This document shows positions 1 to 9,426 of a stretch of DNA of 58,519 nt, one piece after another. The notes beneath the pieces were generated by a model. The model was given only the letters and a program-made list of their open reading frames with translations, made no database searches and was not told where the DNA came from. Numbering within the stretch: the stretch's first letter is position 1; every line of letters begins with the position of its first letter. The position numbers were made by a program, and so were the translations under genes. Source of the stretch: Dehalococcoidia bacterium (GTDB lineage: Bacteria; Chloroflexota; Dehalococcoidia; Dehalococcoidales; E44-bin46); NCBI GenBank assembly GCA_004376105.1, contig SOKA01000065.1:1-58519 (forward strand). Direction: 5' to 3'.

Positions 1-55
1 CCTGGAAAAGGCGAGCTACTGTCTTGGTTACTTCCTTAGTATCAATAGCTCTCAT
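1..55 (-). CDS. 5' end of a CDS running off the left edge (MRAIDTKEVTKTVARLFQ...). It resembles N-termini of Fe-S type hydro-lyase / class I fumarate hydratase alpha subunits.
   Basis: ATG at 53-55 (minus), 20 nt after the mdh stop. Only 18 codons are visible, and the family guess is from memory of the N-terminal pattern. Confidence 0.3.
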   Translation of the reverse strand, partial: MRAIDTKEVTKTVARLFQ

Positions 56-75
56 AGTGTTTTCACTTCTTTCCT

Positions 76-1002
76 CTATAGCTTCATAGTCTTCACCAGT
101 TGTTGCACTGCCTTGGCTGAGTTAATTAAGGCTGACTTCTCCTTGGCGGTTAGCTCTAGCTCTATTATTTGCTCAATGCCGTTCCTGCCTAGTTTTACTG
201 GGACGGTGATGACAGTGTCTTTAATCCCATATTCTCCATCTAGGTAAGTAGCGCAGGGCAGGATTTGCTTCTTATCTAAAATTATAGCCTCTACCATTTG
301 GGCAACGGCGGCTGATGGGGCATAAAAGGCACTGCCGGTTTTGAGTAAGCCTACAATTTCGGCTCCACCCCTTATGGTGCGCTCAACCAATTTGTTAATA
401 GTTTCTTGAGGCAGGAGTTTAGTTATCGGGACGCCACAAACTGTAGATAGCCTGGGGATAATCACCATGGCTTCACCATGTTGCCCCAGAACGCAGGCGA
501 ATACGTCTTCTACCGATACATCAAGCTCAGCAGCGATAAAGCTTCTAAATCGGGTAGTATCCAGGACGCCAGATAAGCCAAATACTCTATTTCGTGGAAA
601 CTGACTGACGTGAATAGCTAGATGGGTCATAGCATCTAGTGGGTTAGTAACCATAATGATAATGCAATTTGGTGAGTAGTTCACTACATTGCGGGTAACC
701 TCGGTGACAATGTTCATATTAGCTTGTAATAGCTCATCACGGCTCATGTCTGGTTTTCTAGTCAGGCCTGAGGTAATGACTACCACATCTGAGTTAGCCG
801 TTTCTTGGTAGCTATTAGTTCCGATGATACGGGTATCAGAGCTGAGGATAGGCGCTGACTCGAGAATATCCAAGGCTTTACCTTGAGGTAGACCCTCGAT
901 AATGTCTACCAAGACTATATCAGCATAGCCCCTGTCAGCAATTCGTTGAGCGCAGGTAGCGCCAACATTTCCAGCACCAATAATGCTAATTTTATTAATC
1001 AC
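76..1002 (-). CDS. mdh: Malate dehydrogenase (LDH-like family)
   Basis: 308 aa with a GTG start after a G-rich SD. Motifs: Rossmann IIGAGNVG; substrate/catalytic [20 protein letters not shown] and GQHGE. Confidence 0.9.
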   Translation of the reverse strand: MINKISIIGAGNVGATCAQRIADRGYADIVLVDIIEGLPQGKALDILESAPILSSDTRIIGTNSYQETANSDVVVITSGLTRKPDMSRDELLQANMNIVTEVTRNVVNYSPNCIIIMVTNPLDAMTHLAIHVSQFPRNRVFGLSGVLDTTRFRSFIAAELDVSVEDVFACVLGQHGEAMVIIPRLSTVCGVPITKLLPQETINKLVERTIRGGAEIVGLLKTGSAFYAPSAAVAQMVEAIILDKKQILPCATYLDGEYGIKDTVITVPVKLGRNGIEQIIELELTAKEKSALINSAKAVQQLVKTMKL

Positions 1003-1214
1003 GCCTTTCCCCCCTTTAATTTTTCAATAGCAGTATCACTTTCAGATTTTGGGTCAGTATCCTCTCAGCAATTTGGCTATATCGCTAGGTTTCGCAGCTA
1101 CAGGCACTCCACATTTCCCATGACTATTGCCAATAAGAAGCAGTAACTTTACTATAGTAGCCGAGGTGAGCTTGCCCGGTAATTGGCCAAGCGTTCTTTA
1201 TTCAGTGGCAGAGT

Positions 1215-2948
1215 TTAATCCCAGCCTTTAAGCTTATAATAATCAGACAGCATCTTATCGAATTCAGATTTTGGAAGGACTTTGCCGCTGTCCTCGAGTT
1301 TTTCTTCAAAAAACCTTTTGGGCAGGGTATCAGCCTCTTTCGTCATGCCCTCACGCAGATTAAACTCCCTAGCCTTATTGGTAATATCTAAGGCCAATTT
1401 CTGTAATCCCTTCTTGTCTAACTCCATTCCCGTGGTGGCATTTATAACCAGTGATATTCTCTCCCAGGGGTACATGTCCCTGAAAAACCGGCAGAGAATC
1501 AGAGAGTCGAAAAGTGTATGCCTATCCTCAAAGTCAAGGACTACCTCCGCTTTGCCTTCGATTTGTTCTGGAGGTATCATTCCCGAAAGCTCTGCCTTAT
1601 AAACGGTCGACCTTAAATGGCATGCTCCTCTATCGCTAATGGCATAGGCTAACCCCATTCCTTTTAAAACCCTGGGCTCATAGCCACCGGGCTCTAGTCC
1701 TTTAACATGGATAGCCAGGTCTTCTAACCCCCACTCTTTGGCAGCGTATCTTACGCCTTCAGCCAGAATAGCTCCAATCCCCTCTTTTCGGGCAATCTTG
1801 TATAGTAGAGCAGCAATGCCATCAACATCGCCATATTCAAGCCTCACGCCGATTGATTTCCTGTGGGAAGCCTCTATGGTGAAGGCGGCAACATTACCAA
1901 ATGTCATTGTATCAATACCTAATCTATCGCATATGTCGTTTAGATAGGCAACCTCTGTAATATCATCAATCATACATAGACCACCTAAAGCATAGGTAGT
2001 CTCAAATTCAGGTCCCTCGATTTTTAACCCTCGATGTCTTCCCTCGATAACCTTTGAGAGGTTTCCGCAAGCCATAAAACATTTCGGGCATGCCTTGGCT
2101 CTGACGTTGCTTTTCTTTTTCAGTGCATCCATAGTTAGGTTTTCCCACTTATCATAGGTTCCCGAAGACCAGTATTTTGTTGGAAAGGCACCAGCTTTGT
2201 TCAGCACCGGTATCATCTGAAGTGTTCCCTCAGTGTAATATTTCTTGACTCCAGGGTCATCTTTGCTCACGGCTCTTAATTCTTCCCAGAGTTTATTAAT
2301 CACATCAGGCTTAGCTACCTGCTTCTTTATATCCCCGTAAAAGGCTATACCCTTTACTTTCTTTGACCCCAGCACAGCTCCAGGCCCAGTCCTACCCAGC
2401 GACCGCCAGTAGTTGTTTTCAATTACAGCAAACTTTACTAATCTCTCCCCGGCTGGCCCGATAACGATAACCCCGGCATCTTTTCTCCCCACTTCATCTC
2501 GAATGGCATCCTCACTTTCATAAGTCTCTTTACCCCAGATATGAGAGGCATCATGAAATTTCACCTTCCTATTGGAAATCTCAAGATAAACAGGCGTCTC
2601 AGAAGCCCCCTTGATTATGATGGCGTCATATCCAGTTCTGCTTAGCGGCTCAGCTACTTTACCTCCGGCATAAGACTCGCTATATATGCCGGTTAGAGGT
2701 GACTTGGTAAATGCTCCAAACCGGCATGACCCATAGACCTTTGTATCTGTAACCGGTCCGGTGGCAAAAATGATTACATTGTCTTCAGACAGGGGGTCGA
2801 GACCTGCTTTTGTATTGTTCAATAAAAGATAGGTACCCAACCCCTTTCCACCCAAAAGTTCTTTATAAACTTCATCATCAATGGGTTCTTCTTCAAATGA
2901 CCTCTGGCTAAGATTAATGTGTAACACTGCATTATGAAAGCCGTCCAC
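1215..2948 (-). CDS. aor: Aldehyde:ferredoxin oxidoreductase (tungstopterin AOR family)
   Basis: 577 aa with a GTG start after GGAGG. The N-terminal AFOR_N pattern (LHINLS...GGKGLG...GPxxGT) and the C-terminal AFOR domain are present. Confidence 0.88.
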   Translation of the reverse strand: MDGFHNAVLHINLSQRSFEEEPIDDEVYKELLGGKGLGTYLLLNNTKAGLDPLSEDNVIIFATGPVTDTKVYGSCRFGAFTKSPLTGIYSESYAGGKVAEPLSRTGYDAIIIKGASETPVYLEISNRKVKFHDASHIWGKETYESEDAIRDEVGRKDAGVIVIGPAGERLVKFAVIENNYWRSLGRTGPGAVLGSKKVKGIAFYGDIKKQVAKPDVINKLWEELRAVSKDDPGVKKYYTEGTLQMIPVLNKAGAFPTKYWSSGTYDKWENLTMDALKKKSNVRAKACPKCFMACGNLSKVIEGRHRGLKIEGPEFETTYALGGLCMIDDITEVAYLNDICDRLGIDTMTFGNVAAFTIEASHRKSIGVRLEYGDVDGIAALLYKIARKEGIGAILAEGVRYAAKEWGLEDLAIHVKGLEPGGYEPRVLKGMGLAYAISDRGACHLRSTVYKAELSGMIPPEQIEGKAEVVLDFEDRHTLFDSLILCRFFRDMYPWERISLVINATTGMELDKKGLQKLALDITNKAREFNLREGMTKEADTLPKRFFEEKLEDSGKVLPKSEFDKMLSDYYKLKGWD

Positions 2949-2985
2949 TTTTCCTCCTGCTTTTTAGATATACCATCTCGCTATC

Positions 2986-4140
2986 TTACCAAGCATTTTC
3001 CCAAATGCGCCTAACGTCATCAAGGGTGAGTTTCTTCGGATTCCTAGCTAGGAGCCGAGTAATATCCATGGTAGCTACAGCCATTCCTTCCAAGGCTTCC
3101 TTGGGTACCCCCAGATCCCGTAGGTGGCAGGGAATACCAATATCTGCAATCAGAGCCTTAGTTGCCTCTACTCCTTGCTCTGCTGCCTCTTGAAGAGAGA
3201 GCCCCTGCGTCTCCACCCCCAGCATCTGGGCGACGATGGCATATTTAGGGAGGTTAGCTGGCAGGTTACACTCCGTAACATAGGGTAACAAAAGGCCATT
3301 AGCTACTCCGTGGGGCACGTGAAAGCGTGAACCAAGGGGATAGGCAAGGGCATGAACAGCGGCTACACCAGAGTTCACGAAGGCAATCCCAGCTAAGAGT
3401 GCCCCTTCAGACATATGGTTACGTGCCCCCTTATCTGAGCCATTTTTGACAGCAGTCCTAAGGTTACCTACAATAAGCCGCATCGCCTCAAGGGCTAGAG
3501 CATCGGTAAAATTGTTGGCCACGGTGCCGGTATAGCATTCAATAGCATGGACAAGGGCATCTATTCCAGAGGCCGCGGTGACCTTTGGCGGGCACCTATA
3601 GGTAAGAGTAGGATCCACAAGGGCCAATTGTGCCAGCAGGTAAGGGCTTACTATTGCTATTTTACGCCCTTTCTCCGGGTCGCCGAAAATGGCAATATTA
3701 GTCACCTCGCTCCCCGTTCCAGCTGTGGTAGGCAGCGTGAAAATAGGGATGCCAGGTCCAGGAACCTTATCAATACCGGCATAATCCTGGCCATCTCCAC
3801 CATGAGTTAAAAGGACTGAGAGTCCCTTGGCTGTATCCATGCTTGAGCCCCCACCAATGCCCACCAAGAGGTCGTAACTTTCTTTGCCGAGCTCCTTAGC
3901 TGCCGCATTTAGCCTGGGGTATGTGGGCTCCGGCTCTGCTTCAGAGAAAACATCCACTGCAAGCTTGGCCCTAGATAATTGTTCCTTAACTGGGTCTACT
4001 AGGCCAGCTTTATAAACCCCAGGATCGGTAACAATAAGAGCATGCTTAACTGCTAGCTTATTAGCCTCATCCCCGATGGTATCCAGAGAGCCCACACCAA
4101 AACGAATTTTCCTGGGAAGCATAATCTGATAAATTTCCAT
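2986..4140 (-). CDS. Iron-containing (group III) alcohol dehydrogenase
   Basis: 384 aa. Motifs: GIGGGSSMDTAK, and metal-binding His in HAIECY and HGVANG. ATG start 9 nt after GGGAGG. Confidence 0.85.
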   Translation of the reverse strand: MEIYQIMLPRKIRFGVGSLDTIGDEANKLAVKHALIVTDPGVYKAGLVDPVKEQLSRAKLAVDVFSEAEPEPTYPRLNAAAKELGKESYDLLVGIGGGSSMDTAKGLSVLLTHGGDGQDYAGIDKVPGPGIPIFTLPTTAGTGSEVTNIAIFGDPEKGRKIAIVSPYLLAQLALVDPTLTYRCPPKVTAASGIDALVHAIECYTGTVANNFTDALALEAMRLIVGNLRTAVKNGSDKGARNHMSEGALLAGIAFVNSGVAAVHALAYPLGSRFHVPHGVANGLLLPYVTECNLPANLPKYAIVAQMLGVETQGLSLQEAAEQGVEATKALIADIGIPCHLRDLGVPKEALEGMAVATMDITRLLARNPKKLTLDDVRRIWENAW

Positions 4141-4177
4141 AAGCTATAACCTCCCTTGATGCTATTTCCATGGACTA

Positions 4178-4206
4178 CTTATAGCATTTTTTAGGGAGGG
4201 GGTCAA
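4178..4206 (-). promoter_or_regulatory. Candidate sigma70-type promoter for the adh-aor operon
   Basis: Minus strand TTGACC (4201-4206), 17-nt spacer, TATAAG (4178-4183), about 38 nt upstream of the adh ATG. Confidence 0.4.
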
Positions 4207-4427
4207 TAATACTTAATATCCCCGTCTAAGTCTACATAGGCTAGCTTTTGCTTTTATTTAATGTGATTGCTATTATTACTATTGGCAAGCGAGCGTGAAA
4301 AGTTTTGGGGCATTTTATTGCCTGGATGATAGAGCACAGCTTCAGGCTGAGAGGACTGGTGGCGTCACTTATCCCCGGTGCTTTTGAGAATAAGCAATTT
4401 TTTGCTCTATTGAGGTTGACATAAATC

Positions 4428-5192
4428 ATGCTTAGCAGAATGGTTACCCTTGAAGTAGAGGGCTTAAAGATTTTAGGTCAGCTTTATCTACCCGGTGAGG
4501 GTGACCAGACCCCATACCCTACTGTTTGCGTTTGTCACGGTATCCCGGCTAAGAGCCCCGACCCTAGTGATAGAGGCTATCCCCTGCTGGCGGAAAGGAT
4601 TTGCCGTAAAGGCTTGGCAGTATTAATTTTTAACTTCAGAGGGACTGGGGCTAGTAATGGTAATCTTGATATTTTAGGCTGGACTAGAGACCTGAAGGCG
4701 GTCATTGATTATTTATGGGCTTTGCCTGAGGTGGATAGGTCTCATCTGTCGTTACTTGGCTTTAGCGGCGGGGCTACAGTCTCAGTATATGTGGCGGCAC
4801 AAGATAAGAGGGTATTATTTGTTGTAACCTGTGCCTGCCCAGCAGAATTTAGCTTCCTTACTGAGGTTGATGAACCACAGTCTGTTATCAACCACTTTCG
4901 CGGCATTGGTGCAATTAGGGATAAGGATTTTCCCTATTCTGTGGAAGACTGGCTTAGTGGCTTCAGGTTGGTTAGCCCTATTAAACATGTAGCTGAGATT
5001 GCCCCTAGGCCTTTATTGCTGGTGCATGGCAGTAAAGATGAGGTAGTGGATGTAAGCCATGCCTATAAGCTATATGCTAGAGCAGGGGAGCCTAAGCAGA
5101 TAATCATAGTTGATGGAGCTGGACATAGGCTAAGGCAGAATGACGGGGCGATGGCTATTATTATCGACTGGCTGAAATCTCAGTTACTATAG
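4428..5192 (+). CDS. Alpha/beta hydrolase (dienelactone hydrolase / S9-like)
   Basis: 254 aa with nucleophile elbow GFSGG, acidic HGSKDEVV and C-terminal GAGHRL. Confidence 0.7.
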   Translation: MLSRMVTLEVEGLKILGQLYLPGEGDQTPYPTVCVCHGIPAKSPDPSDRGYPLLAERICRKGLAVLIFNFRGTGASNGNLDILGWTRDLKAVIDYLWALPEVDRSHLSLLGFSGGATVSVYVAAQDKRVLFVVTCACPAEFSFLTEVDEPQSVINHFRGIGAIRDKDFPYSVEDWLSGFRLVSPIKHVAEIAPRPLLLVHGSKDEVVDVSHAYKLYARAGEPKQIIIVDGAGHRLRQNDGAMAIIIDWLKSQLL

Positions 5193-5193
5193 A

Positions 5194-5223
5194 TTGACCT
5201 ATAAGTAGAAAATGGTTTATAAT
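5194..5223 (+). promoter_or_regulatory. Candidate promoter for purF
   Basis: TTGACC (5194-5199), 18-nt spacer, TATAAT (5218-5223). Confidence 0.45.
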
Positions 5224-5267
5224 TTATAAAACAGAGTTAGTCGAGGTGAATTGAGAGGCAGATAAAG

Positions 5268-6668
5268 TTGCACGAGTCTTGCGGTGTTTTTGGCGTTTAT
5301 GCCCCTAATGAGGATGTAGCTCGACTTACCTTTTTTGGTTTATTTGCTCTTCAGCATCGTGGTCAAGAGAGTGCTGGTATTGCCACCACTGATGGCAAAA
5401 GGCTCCAGGTTTATGCCAAGATGGGGTTGGTATCCCAGGTGTTCAGCGAGGATTCGTTAAGTCAGCTCACTGGGGATATTGCTATTGGTCATAACCGCTA
5501 CTCCACTAGAGGTTCCAGCCGGGTAACCAATGTCCAGCCTATTGTAGTGGGCAAAGGCTCAAATACTATCGCCATAGCCCATAATGGAAATATCATTAAT
5601 GCTGAGCACCTTTGTGCAGAACTCTCTGACCAGGGCTATACTTTTAAGACTTCCACAGATACTGAGGTTATTGCTAACCTCATTCTCTCTTCCCCTGAGA
5701 AAGAGTGGGTGAACAAGATAAGGTATGCCATGCATCGTCTTCAGGGGGTATATTCTCTAGTAATTATGACTAATCACACTTTGTTTGCCGTTCGTGACCC
5801 TTTTGGTGTGCGCCCATTATGTCTGGGGGCTATTGACAACGGCTGGGTTGTAGCCTCAGAAAGCTGTGCCCTTGACCATATTGGAGCCAGCTTTGTCAGG
5901 GAGATTGAGCCGGGCGAGATAGTTTCTATTAATGAGAACGGTGTTGATAGCTATCGGGAAGAGGTTGGCAGAAGGGCGCTGTGCATCTTTGAGTATATCT
6001 ACTTTGCTCGCCCCGATAGTGTGATTAATGGTCGACTCCTCTACCCAGCACGACAGGCTATGGGAGCAGGTTTAGTTGAGGAATACCCGGTAGATGCTGA
6101 TTTGGTTATGGGCGTGCCTGATTCAGCTACAGCTGCCGGTGCTGGTTATGCCTTCAAGTCAGGTATACCTTTGGGTGAGGGATTAATTAGGAACCGCTAT
6201 GTAGGACGTACCTTTATTGAGCCTGACCAGCGAATTAGGGACCTCGGTGTTAAACTAAAGTTTAATCCCCTCCCCCAGATGCTGGATGGCAAGCGGGTGG
6301 TGGTGATCGATGATAGCATTGTTCGTGGAACCACTACTCCTGAGGTAGTAAGGTTGCTGAAGAAGGCGGGGGCTAAAGAGGTGCATATGCGTATCTGCGC
6401 TCCACCCCTCCGCTATCCCTGTTTCTTTGGTGTGGATATGGCTACCTACCGGGAGTTAATTGCCGCTCACAAAACTATAGCCGAGGTTAGGGACTTTATC
6501 GGTGCTGATTCGTTGGGCTATTTGAGCATTGATGGACTGATTAAAGCTGTGGCTTTGCCTAAGAATATTTTTTGTATGGCTTGTTTCACTGGTGACTACC
6601 CCATACCGGTTCAGCTTGAAATGGAAAAACTAGCACTGGAGACTATGCCGCCCGGACCTTCAAAATAG
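5268..6668 (+). CDS. purF: Amidophosphoribosyltransferase ([4Fe-4S] type with a short propeptide)
   Basis: 466 aa with a TTG start. It has the Ntn Cys in HESCGVFGV, the PRPP loop VVVIDDSIVRGTT, and the Cys pattern of cluster-containing PurF. Confidence 0.92.
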   Translation: MHESCGVFGVYAPNEDVARLTFFGLFALQHRGQESAGIATTDGKRLQVYAKMGLVSQVFSEDSLSQLTGDIAIGHNRYSTRGSSRVTNVQPIVVGKGSNTIAIAHNGNIINAEHLCAELSDQGYTFKTSTDTEVIANLILSSPEKEWVNKIRYAMHRLQGVYSLVIMTNHTLFAVRDPFGVRPLCLGAIDNGWVVASESCALDHIGASFVREIEPGEIVSINENGVDSYREEVGRRALCIFEYIYFARPDSVINGRLLYPARQAMGAGLVEEYPVDADLVMGVPDSATAAGAGYAFKSGIPLGEGLIRNRYVGRTFIEPDQRIRDLGVKLKFNPLPQMLDGKRVVVIDDSIVRGTTTPEVVRLLKKAGAKEVHMRICAPPLRYPCFFGVDMATYRELIAAHKTIAEVRDFIGADSLGYLSIDGLIKAVALPKNIFCMACFTGDYPIPVQLEMEKLALETMPPGPSK

Positions 6669-6700
6669 TCAGTTGTTAATCTGCTTGGGAGGTAGAGCCA

Positions 6701-7708
6701 ATTAAAGAGACCTATGCTGCGGCTGGCGTTAATATTGATGTTGCTGCTAAAGTCAAAGAGCTGATTGGAGAGCATGCCCGGTCTACCCTTCGTCCTGAGG
6801 TGTTGACTGGCGTCGGGTTCTTTGGCGGGCTTTTTGAAGTTAAAGGGTTTAAGCAGCCAGTTCTGGTGTCTAGCGTTGATGGCGTCGGCACCAAGCTGAA
6901 GATTGCTTCGGCTTTAGCCAAACACAATACCATTGGCATTGATATAGTTAATCACTGTGTTAATGACATACTTACCTGCGGCGCTGAGCCGCTCTTTTTT
7001 TTGGACTACATTGCTACGGGCAAGCTGGTGCCAGAGCAGGTGGAGGCTATTGCTCAGGGTTTAGCCAGTGCTTGCCACGAGATTGGCTGTGCTCTTATTG
7101 GGGGTGAAACAGCAGAGATGCCTGGACTATATGCTGGGGAGGATTATGACCTGGTAGGTTTTATAATTGGTGTAGTGGAGAAGGAGAGGATTATCATGGG
7201 GAAGACGATTGTGGTTGGTGATACCATTATCGGCTTACCCTCAAGCGGATTGCATACCAACGGTTATTCTCTGGTGCGCAAGATTTTTGGTGAAACTAAA
7301 TCGGCGTTAGATGCTTATTACCCTGAGCTAGGTCGAACCCTGGGCGATGAGCTTCTGGAGCCCCACCGGTGCTACTATCATCAGTTAAAGCCATTGCTGC
7401 CTCTTATTAAGGGTATGGCCCATATTACCGGTGGTGGCTTGATTAATAATGTGCCCAGGATTCTACCTCAGGGTATGGCGGCAAAATTTAATGGTCGGGC
7501 GTGGGCTATACCACCTATTTTCCAGCTTATTCAACAGCGGGGTAACGTGGCTCGAAACGAGATGTATCGTGTATTTAATATGGGTATCGGTATGGTGGTT
7601 ATCTGTTCCCCCAGCGATATTGACCAGTTCACTAAAGCACTACCTGAGGCTAAGGTTATCGGCGAAGTGGTGAAGCAGAAGGGAGAGGCTAGAGTAGTCA
7701 TCGATTAG
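6701..7708 (+). CDS. purM: Phosphoribosylformylglycinamidine cyclo-ligase (AIR synthetase); the start is proposed at ATT 6701
   Basis: The conserved N-terminus TYAAAGVNID is encoded upstream of the first canonical start (GTG 6800). There is an in-frame TAA at 6677-6679, and GGGAGG lies 8 nt before the ATT. Confidence 0.85.
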   Translation: MKETYAAAGVNIDVAAKVKELIGEHARSTLRPEVLTGVGFFGGLFEVKGFKQPVLVSSVDGVGTKLKIASALAKHNTIGIDIVNHCVNDILTCGAEPLFFLDYIATGKLVPEQVEAIAQGLASACHEIGCALIGGETAEMPGLYAGEDYDLVGFIIGVVEKERIIMGKTIVVGDTIIGLPSSGLHTNGYSLVRKIFGETKSALDAYYPELGRTLGDELLEPHRCYYHQLKPLLPLIKGMAHITGGGLINNVPRILPQGMAAKFNGRAWAIPPIFQLIQQRGNVARNEMYRVFNMGIGMVVICSPSDIDQFTKALPEAKVIGEVVKQKGEARVVID

Positions 7709-7728
7709 AAATAATTTATCAGGGTGGT

Positions 7729-7806
7729 ATGAAGGGGCGTTAGCTCCTTCAATAATAATCTCCCCCTCTCCTTTCAAGGAGTGGGGGAAACAGGGGGTGA
7801 GGTTGA
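7729..7806 (+). repeat. Two-hairpin intergenic repeat, copy A
   Basis: Hairpin 1 is GAAGGGGC-GTTA-GCTCCTTC (7731-7750). Hairpin 2 is CTCCCCCTCTCC-TTTCAA-GGAGTGGGGGAA (7760-7789). The tail is AGGGGGTGAGGTT (7792-7804). Confidence 0.55.
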
Positions 7807-7828
7807 AAATGAGGAAACGGAGGTATTT

Positions 7829-9373
7829 ATGCGAGCCATTATTAGTGTGTCTGACAAGGCAGGAGTAACTGATTTTGCCCAGAACTTAAGTCAATTGGGG
7901 TTTGAGCTCTTTAGCACTGGTGGCACTAAAAAGGCGCTGACAGAAGCTCAAGTGCCAGTTAAAAGTGTCTCTGAAATTACCGGGTTTCCTGAGATTCTTG
8001 ATGGCAGGGTAAAGACCCTGCACCCACTTATTCATGGTGGCATCCTGGCTAAGCGTAATCTACCCGCCCATATGGAGGAATTGGCTAAGAATAAGATTGA
8101 AACGATTGACCTGGTGACGGTTAACCTTTATCCCTTCGTCCAGACAGTATCCGGGGAGGGTGTTAGTATTGATGAGGCGCTGGAAAACATTGATATTGGT
8201 GGACCAACCCTGATTCGGGCAGCAGCCAAGAACTTCCCCAGCGTCATCGTGGTGGTAGACCCGGCTGACTACCACCCAGTCCTAGAGAAATTGAAGGGGG
8301 GAGGCGTAGACCTGGCCGAGCGCAAAAGGCTGGCTCAGAAGGCTTTCCAGCACGTAGCTATTTATGATACTGCTATTTCGCAATATCTGAGGCAGGATAT
8401 GGAGGGTTTCCCAGAGGAGATGACCATAGCCTTGAAAAAGCGTTACGGACTTCGTTATGGTGAGAACCCTCATCAGCAAGCTGTCTTCTATGCTGAGCAG
8501 GTGGTAGGGGCAAGACAGGAGACCGGTATCACCTGGGCAAGACAGCTATGGGGTAAGGAGCTTTCATTTAATAATATCCTGGATGCTGATGCTGCCTGGG
8601 GTGTGGTAACCGACTTTTCAACACCCACAGTAGCTATTATCAAACACACCAACCCCTGTGGTCTGGCAAGTCATGGAGATATTGCTGAGGTCTATCGGCG
8701 AGCTTTGAGTGGCGACCCGGTGGCTGCCTTCGGTGGTATTGTAGCTGCCAACAGGACGGTTACCTCAGCCATGGCTGAGGAGATGAAATCGATGTTCTAT
8801 GAGATAGTCATTGCCCCTGAGTATAAAGCTGAAGCCCTAGAATTGTTAAAGCGTAAAAAGAATTTACGTATTTTGCTCGCCGAGCTACCGCTAGATTATG
8901 GCAAAGCCAGTGCCGGCTACCTTGACTTTCGCCGGGTGAAGGGCGGATTACTAGTCCAGACCTCAGATTCCTTACCTGAGGGTAGTGTCAGCTTGAAAAC
9001 GGTGACCAAACGTGAACCAACTCAAGCCGAGATAGAAGACCTACTCTTTGCCTGGCGTGCAGTTAAGCATGTGAAGTCGAATGCTATTGTATTGGTTAAG
9101 GATAAGACGCTTTTAGGAATGGGAGCTGGGCAGCCCAGTCGGATTGTCGGTGCTCAAATTGCTAAGGAAAAGGCTGGAGAAAAGACAAGAGGTAGCGTTC
9201 TGGCTTCGGATGCTATGTTCCCATTTCCTGACGTGGTAGAGGTGGCAGCTGCTGGTGGGGTAACGGCTATTATCCAGCCCGGCGGCTCAGTAAGAGATGA
9301 AGACTCAATTAAGGCGGCTGATGAGCACAATATAGCTATGGTTTTTACCGGTGTGAGGCATTTTAGGCATTAA
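7829..9373 (+). CDS. purH: Bifunctional AICAR transformylase / IMP cyclohydrolase
   Basis: ATG 7829 lies 5 nt after GGAGG. The ORF-track start at 7781 lies inside repeat A. The MGS-like N-terminus (RAIISVSDKAG) and the AICARFT domain are present. Confidence 0.92.
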   Translation: MRAIISVSDKAGVTDFAQNLSQLGFELFSTGGTKKALTEAQVPVKSVSEITGFPEILDGRVKTLHPLIHGGILAKRNLPAHMEELAKNKIETIDLVTVNLYPFVQTVSGEGVSIDEALENIDIGGPTLIRAAAKNFPSVIVVVDPADYHPVLEKLKGGGVDLAERKRLAQKAFQHVAIYDTAISQYLRQDMEGFPEEMTIALKKRYGLRYGENPHQQAVFYAEQVVGARQETGITWARQLWGKELSFNNILDADAAWGVVTDFSTPTVAIIKHTNPCGLASHGDIAEVYRRALSGDPVAAFGGIVAANRTVTSAMAEEMKSMFYEIVIAPEYKAEALELLKRKKNLRILLAELPLDYGKASAGYLDFRRVKGGLLVQTSDSLPEGSVSLKTVTKREPTQAEIEDLLFAWRAVKHVKSNAIVLVKDKTLLGMGAGQPSRIVGAQIAKEKAGEKTRGSVLASDAMFPFPDVVEVAAAGGVTAIIQPGGSVRDEDSIKAADEHNIAMVFTGVRHFRH

Positions 9374-9426
9374 GGGCTATAATGGTTAGACTGCGGCGGT
9401 GCCTGGTTTAGAAGGCGAGGAAGACT

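Noticed and set aside
4150-4199. A nested inverted repeat, CCTCCCT...ATGCTAT...ATAGCAT...AGGGAGG, that on the minus-strand RNA would pair an anti-SD with the adh Shine-Dalgarno (an RBS-sequestering thermosensor or riboswitch idea).
   Set aside because: The best promoter match (TTGACC-17-TATAAG, 4178-4206) places the anti-SD arm inside the promoter spacer, upstream of the predicted TSS. The arm would then not be in the transcript. This cannot be resolved without TSS data.
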